Source: Methanobacteriota archaeon (GTDB lineage Archaea > Thermoplasmatota > Poseidoniia > Poseidoniales > Poseidoniaceae). Taken from it: a DNA stretch of 64,000 bases. The stretch covers positions 2,480 through 66,479 of the forward strand of contig CATFLP010000104.1 in assembly GCA_949514915.1 (NCBI GenBank), given 5' to 3'. Positions within the stretch are counted from its first letter, which is position 1, and each line of letters opens with the position of its first letter. Positions 51,880 to 61,351 of this stretch are shown one piece after another. A program made the position numbers and the translations under genes. A model generated the notes under the pieces. It did no database searches, was not told where the DNA came from, and saw only the letters and a program-made list of their open reading frames with translations.

Positions 51880-52329
51880 ATGGATGACCGCCTTCGCATA
51901 ATAATCGCTAAGCCTGGATTGGATGGGCATGATAGAGGTGCAAAGGTTGTAGCGAGAGCATTAAGGGACGCAGGCCATGAAGTAATTTATACAGGACTTA
52001 GAAGGACTCCTGAAGAGATTGTAAGGACTGTAATTGATGAAGATGCAGATTTTCTTGGTTTATCTTCATTATCAGGGGCCCATAATTATTTGATTCCGAA
52101 AATTATTGAATTATTAATTGAGTCAGATTGTGGCGATGTTATCGTTTTTGCTGGAGGTATTATCCCAGAAAAAGACAGGTCTGATTTATTTTCTAAGGGT
52201 GTTAGGGCTATTTTTGGCCCAGGAACTTCAAGTGTTCAAATGTCTGAGTTTGTTGAAACAGCATCAAAAAGAAAAGTAGAATCCTTACCAGTTGGTTGTG
52301 GTGAAGAAACAGATTGGCAATGGAATTAG
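51880..52329 (+). CDS. Methylmalonyl-CoA mutase cobalamin-binding small subunit
   Basis: KPGLDGHDRGAK (DxHxxG), SSLSGAH, GGIIP and IFGPGT. Confidence 0.95.
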   Translation: MDDRLRIIIAKPGLDGHDRGAKVVARALRDAGHEVIYTGLRRTPEEIVRTVIDEDADFLGLSSLSGAHNYLIPKIIELLIESDCGDVIVFAGGIIPEKDRSDLFSKGVRAIFGPGTSSVQMSEFVETASKRKVESLPVGCGEETDWQWN

Positions 52330-52341
52330 TGATGTGTTAAT

Positions 52342-53214
52342 ATGGATATTAACAAATTAAAGCAAGGAGATAGAAGGGCATTATCAAAAACAATAAGTTT
52401 AATTGAAAATGGCGAATTTAACAGCGCAGATTTAAGAAAAATATTCCCAGAAATAATTTCAGGAGATGTTTGGGCTATTACAGGTTCACCAGGAGTTGGG
52501 AAAAGTTGTATCTGTGAATACTTAATTGAAAATTGGTTAAATTCAAATTTCAAAGTTGCAGTTTTAGCTGTAGATCCTTCATCTCCTTTGAGTGGGGGTG
52601 CATTATTGGGTGATAGAATTAGAATAAATAATTCAGATAATTCAGATAATTTATATTTTCGTTCATTAGCAACAAGAGGCCAATCAGGAGCGATTCCAAG
52701 TAATATTCTTGATATCGTAAATTTACTTTCTGCTTTGAAATATGAAAAAATCCTTATTGAAACAGTTGGAGCGGGCCAAGCAGAAGTTAGGGTTGCAGCA
52801 GTTTCACAATATTTGTTACTAGTAGAGGCACCAGATTCTGGAGATATGCTTCAGGCTGAAAAGGCAGGATTAATGGAATTAGCAGATATTATTTTAGTTA
52901 ATAAATCTGATTTGGAAAGAGCAAATGAAAAACAAGAGCAATTAGAATTAGCATTAAAATTATCAGATCACGAAACCCCCCCTATTTTGATGGTTTCTGC
53001 CAAAGAAAAAAATGGTTTTGAAGAATTATTTTTAGAAATGAATAAAGTTTCTAATAATAAGAAACCTAGTATGATTAAAAGTAAAATCTCATTATCTTAT
53101 GCATGGGAATCTTTGCTTTGGAAACATACAGATATTGATTTAATTATTGGAAAATTAGAAACAAATGAGATTACACTTGATGATGCTATAAATCTCTTAA
53201 AGGAGGGATTGTAA
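52342..53214 (+). CDS. meaB: MeaB/ArgK GTPase chaperone of B12 mutases
   Basis: TGSPGVGKS, AVDPSSPLSGGALLGDRIR, ETVGAGQ and NKSD. Confidence 0.93.
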   Translation: MDINKLKQGDRRALSKTISLIENGEFNSADLRKIFPEIISGDVWAITGSPGVGKSCICEYLIENWLNSNFKVAVLAVDPSSPLSGGALLGDRIRINNSDNSDNLYFRSLATRGQSGAIPSNILDIVNLLSALKYEKILIETVGAGQAEVRVAAVSQYLLLVEAPDSGDMLQAEKAGLMELADIILVNKSDLERANEKQEQLELALKLSDHETPPILMVSAKEKNGFEELFLEMNKVSNNKKPSMIKSKISLSYAWESLLWKHTDIDLIIGKLETNEITLDDAINLLKEGL

Positions 53215-53215
53215 C

Positions 53216-53851
53216 TTGTTTGATTTAGAAGGTAGAGCGCATTTAGAAAACACACTTGGAGGTAGAAATGGTCATTTTTTTAGGAGAATTGTACATCTTT
53301 CAATGATGATATTTCCAATCTTGTATTATTGGCACGGTGAACAGATTAGTGAAACACTCTCAAAAGTAATTAATTTAGAATTTTCTAGGGAGGATTTAGT
53401 AACATTTATTCTAGCATTAATTATTATTATAGAATTAATAAGGTTATTTTTTGGGATAACAATCTTTGGTCAAAGAACATATGAGGCAAAACAATTTTCT
53501 GCGCTAGCATGGGGAGGTATTTCCATTTGTTTATGTTTCTTATTTGCACCCCTTGGAGGCTATAATGGATCATATATTGGTTTACCAATAATTTTTACAA
53601 TTTCAATTGTGGATCCATTGTTAGGAGAAACACGTAAATTTATGAAATCTACAAAATTAATTATTTTTCTAGCATTAGTAGTTTCAATGACTATTTGGAT
53701 ACTTTCTTCGGTTTTTCTTGAAACACCACTTTGGCTTACTTTGATTATGCCTCCTTTAGCTATTGCTGCTGAATGGCCTTCTTTGAAATATATTGACGAT
53801 AATGCAACAATGATATTAGTTCCTCTAGCTGCTTCATTAGTGTTAATGTGA
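53216..53851 (+). CDS. Dolichol/phytol kinase-like (CTP-dependent) membrane protein
   Basis: FFRRIVHL, IVDPLLG and C-terminal IDDNATM in a multi-TM protein. Confidence 0.7.
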   Translation: MFDLEGRAHLENTLGGRNGHFFRRIVHLSMMIFPILYYWHGEQISETLSKVINLEFSREDLVTFILALIIIIELIRLFFGITIFGQRTYEAKQFSALAWGGISICLCFLFAPLGGYNGSYIGLPIIFTISIVDPLLGETRKFMKSTKLIIFLALVVSMTIWILSSVFLETPLWLTLIMPPLAIAAEWPSLKYIDDNATMILVPLAASLVLM

Positions 53852-53909
53852 TTAATTATTTTAAGAATGTTGAGTTATATTTACATAACGTCTTCTCTAC
53901 GTTTACAAT

Positions 53910-54035
53910 ATGTCCGACAATAATGCCGATGAAAATCCTAGTGAGCCAACACAGGGATTGTATTTATTCTCGTTTATTTTTGCTTTCGCGGTAATGTGCT
54001 ATATCATGGTAACAAAAGGAAATTTCCTTGCTTAG
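53910..54035 (+). CDS. Single-TM micro-protein (41 aa), putative
   Basis: Manually translated as MSDNNADENPSEPTQGLYLFSFIFAFAVMCYIMVTKGNFLA. It fills the gap before the asnB-like gene. Confidence 0.55.
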   Translation: MSDNNADENPSEPTQGLYLFSFIFAFAVMCYIMVTKGNFLA

Positions 54036-54057
54036 ATTCATTTTTGTGGAGATTTTT

Positions 54058-55893
54058 ATGTGTAGCATAGGTGTAATGCTCGGCTCACCTGAAGTAGATG
54101 TATTGAATAAAATGAATAAAATTCAATCTCATAGAGGACCGGATGGATCAAATGTATGGTATGATGATAAATGTGGTTTTGCACATAATAGATTAGCTAT
54201 TGTCGACATTCAAGGTTCAAATCAGCCAATTGTCTCTGATGAAGGAGTTGTATTAATCCACAATGGTGAAATTTACAATCATGATAAAATCAAACAAAAT
54301 CTATTATATTCCTGTAAAACTAAAGGAGATAGTGAATCAATAATTGCACTTCATAATAAATACTCCAAAAAAACTTCTTTTGAAATTATTAAAGAAACAT
54401 CACTTAAATCAGGAATATTAGTTTCTAATGGATTTGATGCAAAGGATAACCCCGCAACAAGACATATTGAATGGGTTAAGAAGTTAGATGGAATTTGGGG
54501 GTTTGCACTATGGGATTCAAAATGTAATGAATTAATAATTTGTAGAGACCCTATGGGAGTTAAACCATTAATGAGGACAATCGTTGGGAATTCATTATTA
54601 GTTGCTAGTGAATTAAAAGCCTTTTCAGCACATCCAGAATTCATTTCAAAATTTGATTTCAACGCATTAAATCTTAGGCTTGCTTACGAATATCCATTAG
54701 ATAGAACAACATTGATTGAGAATGTTTACCAAGTAGGTGCAGGTGTTATAGAAACATGGAGTCTTGATAATCTTAATCGTCCTGTTTTGACAGGTATTTG
54801 TAAATATTCTAATGTAAAGAATAAACAAAATAAAAGTTGGAATCAAGAAAACAATATTCAAAAATTACTTGATAGTTTCAAATCTAGTTTAGTTGATCGT
54901 TTGATGTCTGACGTCCCAGTAGGAATTGTTCTTTCAGGGGGATTGGATTCAAGTTTAGTGGCTGCATTAGCACATGAAGCAGCAGGAAAAGCAGGAAAAA
55001 CAGTTCCTGAATGTTGGACAGTTGCAGATTCTGAAGATAATCCTGATTGGATTGCAGCAGAGTTAGTTGCAAATCAATTTGATCTTAAGCATCATCAACA
55101 TATTCTTGAGGATAATTCATTTGAACGGATATTGCCAAAATTAGTTTGGCATGGAGAAGATTTAGATGTTACAGTACTCTTTTTCCAACCCTTATTTGAA
55201 AAAATGTCTAAACACGTGAAAGTTGGGTTATGTGGTCAAGGTGCAGATGAATTACATGCTGGCTATCCAAGATATCGTAATTTAGTTCAGCATAGAGAAA
55301 CCTTAAATCAAAGATTAAAAAATATTAGGTTCCAATTAAATAAGGAAAAAATAGGCTTACATTCATCTTGGGATGATGATAATTTAAATCCAGATGAAAT
55401 ATTTAAATCTCTTAATTCTACTTTAGATTTTGAAATGCAAAGAGGGCAATTGACAAATTTCCAATTAAGACTTGTAGATCGTCATTCAATGGCTCATGGT
55501 TTGGAAGTCAGAGTCCCATTCTTAGGTAAAACACATTGGAATGAATCAAGGCAGATACCTTTTGATTGGAGACTTTCATCTAATGCAAAACATGGAGATG
55601 AAAAATTAGCTCTAAGGCATGCAGCAAAATTAACAGGATTACCAACTTCAATTACAGAAAGAGCTAAATTACCAGCAGGCAAGGCAACATCTCCTTCTTT
55701 ATTTGATAAATTTATTTCTGAATATGAATCTTATTTGGATCCATTAAAAGAGAGATATTTTGAGCAGAGTAAGTTATTAACTAAGCAGCCAGAGTTATTG
55801 TTGGGCTTAGGTTTATTTGAATCATTAATTATTGGGCAAAATGAATTTAGTGCAAATAAAACAGTTGATGAGATATTAAGTAATTTAATTTGA
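54058..55893 (+). CDS. asnB: Asparagine synthetase B-like glutamine amidotransferase
   Basis: Met-Cys N-terminus (Ntn nucleophile), HRGPDG, HNRLAIVD, NGEIYN, RDPMGVKPL, LSGGLDSS, GQGADE and EVRVPFL. Confidence 0.88.
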   Translation: MCSIGVMLGSPEVDVLNKMNKIQSHRGPDGSNVWYDDKCGFAHNRLAIVDIQGSNQPIVSDEGVVLIHNGEIYNHDKIKQNLLYSCKTKGDSESIIALHNKYSKKTSFEIIKETSLKSGILVSNGFDAKDNPATRHIEWVKKLDGIWGFALWDSKCNELIICRDPMGVKPLMRTIVGNSLLVASELKAFSAHPEFISKFDFNALNLRLAYEYPLDRTTLIENVYQVGAGVIETWSLDNLNRPVLTGICKYSNVKNKQNKSWNQENNIQKLLDSFKSSLVDRLMSDVPVGIVLSGGLDSSLVAALAHEAAGKAGKTVPECWTVADSEDNPDWIAAELVANQFDLKHHQHILEDNSFERILPKLVWHGEDLDVTVLFFQPLFEKMSKHVKVGLCGQGADELHAGYPRYRNLVQHRETLNQRLKNIRFQLNKEKIGLHSSWDDDNLNPDEIFKSLNSTLDFEMQRGQLTNFQLRLVDRHSMAHGLEVRVPFLGKTHWNESRQIPFDWRLSSNAKHGDEKLALRHAAKLTGLPTSITERAKLPAGKATSPSLFDKFISEYESYLDPLKERYFEQSKLLTKQPELLLGLGLFESLIIGQNEFSANKTVDEILSNLI

Positions 55894-55902
55894 GGGTTTG
55901 TA

Positions 55903-57090
55903 ATGTTAGATAATATATTTCAAAATTTAGAAAATCTTAATGAGTTTGAAAATTGGTTTTTGAAAAAAACTGAAAATATTGAGATGCCCATATATGCTAG
56001 TGTAGATGTGCGATATTCTGGTTGGAAGGTATCAGTTGTTGATGCTAATTCATTTCCAGCAGGATTTAACAATATTTCAAAAGATTTGATTCCTAATTTG
56101 TCAAAATCGCTTAATGAATATTTTAGATGTATAAATTTAGATATTAAACATATTCATATATTGCCAGAATCTCATACTAGAAACACTGCTTATGTAGAAA
56201 ATATTTCAAGAATCAAAGAGATTGTTGAAAAAGCAGGTTATAATGTGACAGTAGGCTCTACTGAATTAAATCGATATAAATTATTAGAAGGATTAACAGA
56301 AGATGTAGAATTAAGTGCAGTTGAAGTTAATGATGAGGATAATATTGAAATTAACGGATCAATTCCTGATTTGGTGTTGTTAAATAATGATTTAACAGGT
56401 GGAAAAATGCCAGGTCTTTCTGGCACTGTTCTTCCAAGAAAAGAGATGGGTTGGTACAATAGAAGAAAATCTGATCATTATAGGATTTTAGAAACCTTAG
56501 TTAATGAAGTTTCTGAAATATTAAAAATTGACCCTTGGTTATTAATGCCTATGTGGTTTGTAAGTGAAGATAAATGCTTAGAATTAGATGCTTGTATAAA
56601 CAAATTATCTAATGATATAGACAATATGATTGGAAAAATTAAATTGAAATATAAAAAATATGGAATAGATTCTGAGCCTGTTGTATTTATTAAAAATGAT
56701 AGAGGTACATATGGTTTAGGAATTATTTCAATAAAATCTGGAAAAGAGATTAGGAATTTATCTAATCGTATGATAAAAAGGCTAACTTATGGAAAAGGAG
56801 GTGCTTCAGCTGAAAATTTCCTTATTCAAGAAGGAATCCCGACAAATCTCAATAGTGATTCTTCAGTAATTGAGCCAGTTGGTTATACTATTGGCGGAAT
56901 GGAATCAAATTGGTTTTTCAGAGCAAATCCCAAAAAGAATAAATTTGAAAATTTAAATAGCCCATCATCTATTTTTTTACAAGAAAGTCAACTAAGTGAT
57001 GGAATTATTAATTCAGAAAGAAAATATTGGTTAAATTTAGTTTCAAAATTATCATATCTTGCAATGGGGTTAGAAAGTATTCAAAAGTAA
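55903..57090 (+). CDS. gshA: Glutamate--cysteine ligase, ATP-grasp GshA type
   Basis: PIYASVDVRYSGWKVSVVDANSFPAGFNN, PESHTRN..Y, LLNNDL, GWYNRRKSDH, IDPWL, K.D.GTYGLGI, IQEGIPT and ENLNSP match the divergent proteobacterial GshA family. Confidence 0.85.
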   Translation: MLDNIFQNLENLNEFENWFLKKTENIEMPIYASVDVRYSGWKVSVVDANSFPAGFNNISKDLIPNLSKSLNEYFRCINLDIKHIHILPESHTRNTAYVENISRIKEIVEKAGYNVTVGSTELNRYKLLEGLTEDVELSAVEVNDEDNIEINGSIPDLVLLNNDLTGGKMPGLSGTVLPRKEMGWYNRRKSDHYRILETLVNEVSEILKIDPWLLMPMWFVSEDKCLELDACINKLSNDIDNMIGKIKLKYKKYGIDSEPVVFIKNDRGTYGLGIISIKSGKEIRNLSNRMIKRLTYGKGGASAENFLIQEGIPTNLNSDSSVIEPVGYTIGGMESNWFFRANPKKNKFENLNSPSSIFLQESQLSDGIINSERKYWLNLVSKLSYLAMGLESIQK

Positions 57091-57147
57091 TATTTTTTTT
57101 AATTCAAAGGGAAATAGTATTCAAGTCTCCTACTTTAACAAATAATA

Positions 57148-57942
57148 ATGAAGCAAACAATTTCGATATTAATGATTTTTCTATTTGCTACTTTAATTGC
57201 ACCAACTGTTAGTTCTTCAGTTCCTCTTGAGATTACAGAATTTAATGATATGGTTTTGGAATATAATGAACTTATTTCAACTAATAATTCTCCAGTATAT
57301 ACGGTTAATCATTTTTCAAATTTTGATGCAATTAATGATAATGCAGACGGCGTTCATCCAAACAGAAATGGAGATCTGAAAATGGCAGCTGCATGGACAA
57401 ATTCTTTACTCTCAACAAATTTAAATTTAAGTAAAAATTATTCAATTATGCCTTTAGGTGATTCGATAACACATTTAAATTATCGATATGATTTATGGTT
57501 AAATCTAAAAGAAGCGAATATTATATTTGATTTTGTTGGAAATGAAAATCATTTGCCATGGGGTGCAGATGAATCTAATCTTGAATTTGATTCTGATCAT
57601 GAAGGGCATGGTGGTTGGAGATCTGATCAGATATCATATAATATTGAATCTTGGGTTAAGTTAAATACTCCAGATATAGTATTATTTCATATTGGTACAA
57701 ATGATCTTGCTCAAGGATATTCGCCCTCTCATGTAATTGAACACATAGGAAAAACAATTGAAATACTTAGATTATATAACCCTGATATAATTATTTTTGT
57801 TGCACAAATAATACCCTATGATCTTGAAGTAAATGTAAGTCCGGCAGATTCTTTATTTGGGGGATTGGAAATAACGTTTTTAGTTCTAGGGTTACTAATG
57901 ATTGGGGAAGTGATTAGGAAGAATTATTTTAAGGCTAATTAA
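57148..57942 (+). CDS. Secreted, membrane-anchored SGNH/GDSL hydrolase with permuted motif order
   Basis: Signal peptide, then DGVHPN (aa 67), PLGDSIT (G at aa 104), HEGHGGW, HIGTNDL (G at aa 183) and a C-terminal TM. Confidence 0.85.
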   Translation: MKQTISILMIFLFATLIAPTVSSSVPLEITEFNDMVLEYNELISTNNSPVYTVNHFSNFDAINDNADGVHPNRNGDLKMAAAWTNSLLSTNLNLSKNYSIMPLGDSITHLNYRYDLWLNLKEANIIFDFVGNENHLPWGADESNLEFDSDHEGHGGWRSDQISYNIESWVKLNTPDIVLFHIGTNDLAQGYSPSHVIEHIGKTIEILRLYNPDIIIFVAQIIPYDLEVNVSPADSLFGGLEITFLVLGLLMIGEVIRKNYFKAN

Positions 57943-58223
57943 TTATCTTCTTCAGGTTCTTTATTTTCATCAGATTCTTCCATTCCAACAATTTCATAGT
58001 TTGATGGAAATAATGCAATAACTATCCCAGAAACCAAACATATAGTAGCCCAAATCCAATTTGCTTTAGTAAATAATTCTAGTGAAATAGCAACTAGGAT
58101 TAAACCACCAAGATTAGAGGTCCAAACTAAACTTTTGAATGTAGAAAGACTAACCCCTTTAGTTTCCTTGTTTCTAACAGGGCCAAATTCTCCACCAAAT
58201 CTCTGAGCATCCGTTTTGGCCAT
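57939..58223 (-). CDS. Small two-TM membrane protein, last gene of the Rieske/cyt b operon
   Basis: Two hydrophobic helices. ATG 58223 follows GGTGA and lies just after the ferredoxin stop. Confidence 0.7.
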   Translation of the reverse strand: MAKTDAQRFGGEFGPVRNKETKGVSLSTFKSLVWTSNLGGLILVAISLELFTKANWIWATICLVSGIVIALFPSNYEIVGMEESDENKEPEEDN

Positions 58224-58227
58224 ATAT

Positions 58228-58560
58228 TCACCTTTCAATCATTGAAATTGCATCTGTTGGGCAAACCAATACGCATAATCTGCATCCTGTACAATCATCT
58301 CGAATTATTCTTGCCTTCCTATTGGATGGTACTTCAATAAGAGGGCTTTTAATTGCTTTATGAAACATTTCAATTGCATCATCATCACATACAGTTGGGC
58401 ATTGATCACATCCAATACATGCATCTTCGTGAACATATGCTACCATATTTTCTCCAGATTTTATTTCTTGTAATTTTTTACCTTTTGCCTTATCCATAAT
58501 CATACTAACTCGAGACCTTTCTTGCTCCATTCTTATTTGCAACTCCTCTCGAGTAGTCAT
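58228..58560 (-). CDS. 2x[4Fe-4S] ferredoxin
   Basis: CIGCDQCPTVC and CTGCRLCVLVCP. Confidence 0.93.
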   Translation of the reverse strand: MTTREELQIRMEQERSRVSMIMDKAKGKKLQEIKSGENMVAYVHEDACIGCDQCPTVCDDDAIEMFHKAIKSPLIEVPSNRKARIIRDDCTGCRLCVLVCPTDAISMIER

Positions 58561-58590
58561 ATTATCTTCCTCTTACTCAAATATTTATTA

Positions 58591-61338
58591 TTAAGCCTCA
58601 ATCTTTGTTGCATTTTTTTCCAATAATATTTTTTCATTATTTTTCTTTTCATTAACTTGATTTGCTAAGAATGTAACCACATCTAGAATTTCAAAATTAT
58701 GTGTTGGGTCGCCTTCAAATTTAAGGCATTCAAAGTGGCTAACACATTTTGGACATGATGTTAGCATAACGTCTGCTCCTGTTGCTTTTACTTCTTCAAA
58801 GCGTTCTAAACGGATTGAACGACTATTTTCATTACAAGACATCATACTTGAAACACCACAGCAGAGACCATCTTCTCCATGGTGTTCCATTTCTACAAGT
58901 TCAACTCCTTCAACATCTTTGATTAAATTTCTTGGTTCTTCATATAAGCCCACTTGCCTTCCAAGTCTGCAAGGATCATGGTATGTTACAGTGGTTTCTT
59001 GTTCAGTTTTCAGATTCATATCAAATCCATTTTCTATTAAGAATTCTGTTGTATGCATTACTTTTATATTTTCTAATTCATAATCTTTAGCAAATGTTCT
59101 AAAACATTCTGCACAACTACTTACTAACGTATCAATACCACTTTCTTTCAATTTCTTTTCATTATATGATTTTAATTTTTCAAACACTTCGGTCATTCCT
59201 TGCCATTTTTGGTCATGGCCACAGCATTTTAGGAAGTCTCTACCAAGATAAGTGACTTCCTCACCCATCTCTTCGAATAGAGTAAATGCAGAAGCTGTAC
59301 TTGCACCTAAATTCATTGAACCTTCATTAACATGGCTAAATACCATTTCTTGATCTATGAAATCAACACAACCTGGATAATATCCAATGTTTGAATCAAT
59401 TGGGTATTCTTCAACAGGAATGAATGCTTCATCAGCACCTTCTTCAATTTCTGCATTTAGAACAGCCCTTAGGATTGTATGTGGTATTTCAGCCTCTGGT
59501 GCAGTACCTACGGTTAATGATCTTCTTATGTCTACATATGAGTCATAATCAACTAATTGTGGGCACACATTAGTACAAGCAGAACATGTAAGACATGTAT
59601 ACATTGGAACTCCATCATCTTCATTATTCCAAGTATTGTAAATGATGTTTAATTTGTCTCCTGCATTAAAGAGTCTTACAGGACATGCATCATCACAAAG
59701 GTCACAACCGTAGCACTTGTTCATTTCATATTCATATCCTCTAGCCATTCCCCTAAGTACAATAAATGCAAGAGCACCTAAAGTAAGACAAGGTATGAAT
59801 AATGAATAAATTAATTTTGCATCAAGACTTTTTGGATTTTTCTTAAATCCTGGATTGATTAACATCTCATATGATGATTCATCATCTTCTGATGAAAGAT
59901 TTACAGATTGACCATCCATTGAATGACCGTCAGAATAGATTAATAGAGGTTGGAATGCAGAAATAGATGCAGTATAATTAGTGTATACTTGAGTGCCTGC
60001 TTCAATACCCTCTGGGTCAACATGTAATTCCCATGTATATTCTCCAGGTGTTACGTACTCTTCAATATCTAATGAACAATCAGAACTTAATACTTCTTCT
60101 GAATTTTTGTAAAGAATAAATGTTGATGTAACTGTGCCAACGTTTCTTATGCTTGTTTTAGCACTACAGCTCATTTTTATTGGGACGCTATCAAGTCCCA
60201 TGTTGGTTATTGTAAGAGTTCCTTCTGTTTGGTTTTCAGAATTACTGAAACTTTCAAGAATTGAACCTTCTGTAGTAATTTTATTGATATTTAAATCAGA
60301 GTTGTGATGGTTATTTACATCGGCAAAATCAATGATGTATTCGTTTGTTGGTTGATATAATGCAGCGTTGTATTGAGAACTCATTTTAGCACTTATGATG
60401 GTTCCTTCTTCAGCCCAATCTGTAGTATATTCAATTACATAGTCAAGAGGTTGATCATACATTTTTTCCAGAGTTTCAATATCATCCATTGCTCCAAGTC
60501 CTCCTGCTTCCCAAAAACCTCTCTCATAGTAATCAAATGTTGAAACACTTACTAAGAGTGCAATTACAAAACCACCTACAATCAAGTTCTTACCTACATT
60601 AGGTGTTGTTCTTGCACCAATACTACTTACTAAAAATGCCCTTGCCGCAAAATAAATCAAAATCCATATCAAAATACCTGTAAGAACCCAAGGAATTGTA
60701 TTGAATATTTCTGCAACCCATGGTTCTCTAACTCCACAAATTAATTCTCCGTGATCAACGTGACATGAGTCAGTTCTATTTTTCCCATATAAATCTAGGA
60801 AGATATTAATCGAAAACACACTGATAAACCATACGTGTGCAAGATATACAACTCCTGCAGTAGCAAACCAAGGATCTTCAACACCTCTTTTTGCTGTACC
60901 TCCAAGGATTGGAGGTAATGCAAGGATACCAACTGGTAATCCTGTAAGCATAATTCCCCAAGCACCAGCATTTAGTGGATATACAGGTTGATTGAAAAAT
61001 GATCCAATCGGGCCCATGGGAATGTCAATTTGAGGTAAATATTCACCCCACCTTAGGTATCCATAACTGAATAATACATACCAATCTGGGAAAACAAAAC
61101 CAGCTTGTGCAATAGGATCAGCTGCAGAATGCAATGGAGGTGGAATTAAATAACCATAAAATGTTAATGTAGCCATGATTGATAAAAATATAATAGTGTC
61201 TCTTAACACTTCGTGAGGCCATAATAAATGCCCCATAAATGTCCTTTTTCTAATTTCAGAATCATCAGAATCTAGTAATTTTTCTTTTTCATTCATGTAG
61301 GTTTCTGCAACTCTACCTAAATTCCCTAATAATCCCAT
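58591..61338 (-). CDS. Cytochrome b6f subunit IV-like domain fused to an HdrD/GlpC-like Fe-S/CCG oxidoreductase
   Basis: N-terminal WPHE and PDWY (PEWY-equivalent) with TMs. C-terminal CYGCDLCDDACP, CLTCSACTNVCP, YYPGC..CCGH..SCAEC and YHDPC..CCGV..SCPKC. Confidence 0.9.
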   Translation of the reverse strand: MGLLGNLGRVAETYMNEKEKLLDSDDSEIRKRTFMGHLLWPHEVLRDTIIFLSIMATLTFYGYLIPPPLHSAADPIAQAGFVFPDWYVLFSYGYLRWGEYLPQIDIPMGPIGSFFNQPVYPLNAGAWGIMLTGLPVGILALPPILGGTAKRGVEDPWFATAGVVYLAHVWFISVFSINIFLDLYGKNRTDSCHVDHGELICGVREPWVAEIFNTIPWVLTGILIWILIYFAARAFLVSSIGARTTPNVGKNLIVGGFVIALLVSVSTFDYYERGFWEAGGLGAMDDIETLEKMYDQPLDYVIEYTTDWAEEGTIISAKMSSQYNAALYQPTNEYIIDFADVNNHHNSDLNINKITTEGSILESFSNSENQTEGTLTITNMGLDSVPIKMSCSAKTSIRNVGTVTSTFILYKNSEEVLSSDCSLDIEEYVTPGEYTWELHVDPEGIEAGTQVYTNYTASISAFQPLLIYSDGHSMDGQSVNLSSEDDESSYEMLINPGFKKNPKSLDAKLIYSLFIPCLTLGALAFIVLRGMARGYEYEMNKCYGCDLCDDACPVRLFNAGDKLNIIYNTWNNEDDGVPMYTCLTCSACTNVCPQLVDYDSYVDIRRSLTVGTAPEAEIPHTILRAVLNAEIEEGADEAFIPVEEYPIDSNIGYYPGCVDFIDQEMVFSHVNEGSMNLGASTASAFTLFEEMGEEVTYLGRDFLKCCGHDQKWQGMTEVFEKLKSYNEKKLKESGIDTLVSSCAECFRTFAKDYELENIKVMHTTEFLIENGFDMNLKTEQETTVTYHDPCRLGRQVGLYEEPRNLIKDVEGVELVEMEHHGEDGLCCGVSSMMSCNENSRSIRLERFEEVKATGADVMLTSCPKCVSHFECLKFEGDPTHNFEILDVVTFLANQVNEKKNNEKILLEKNATKIEA

Positions 61339-61351
61339 AATATCTCCTCAC

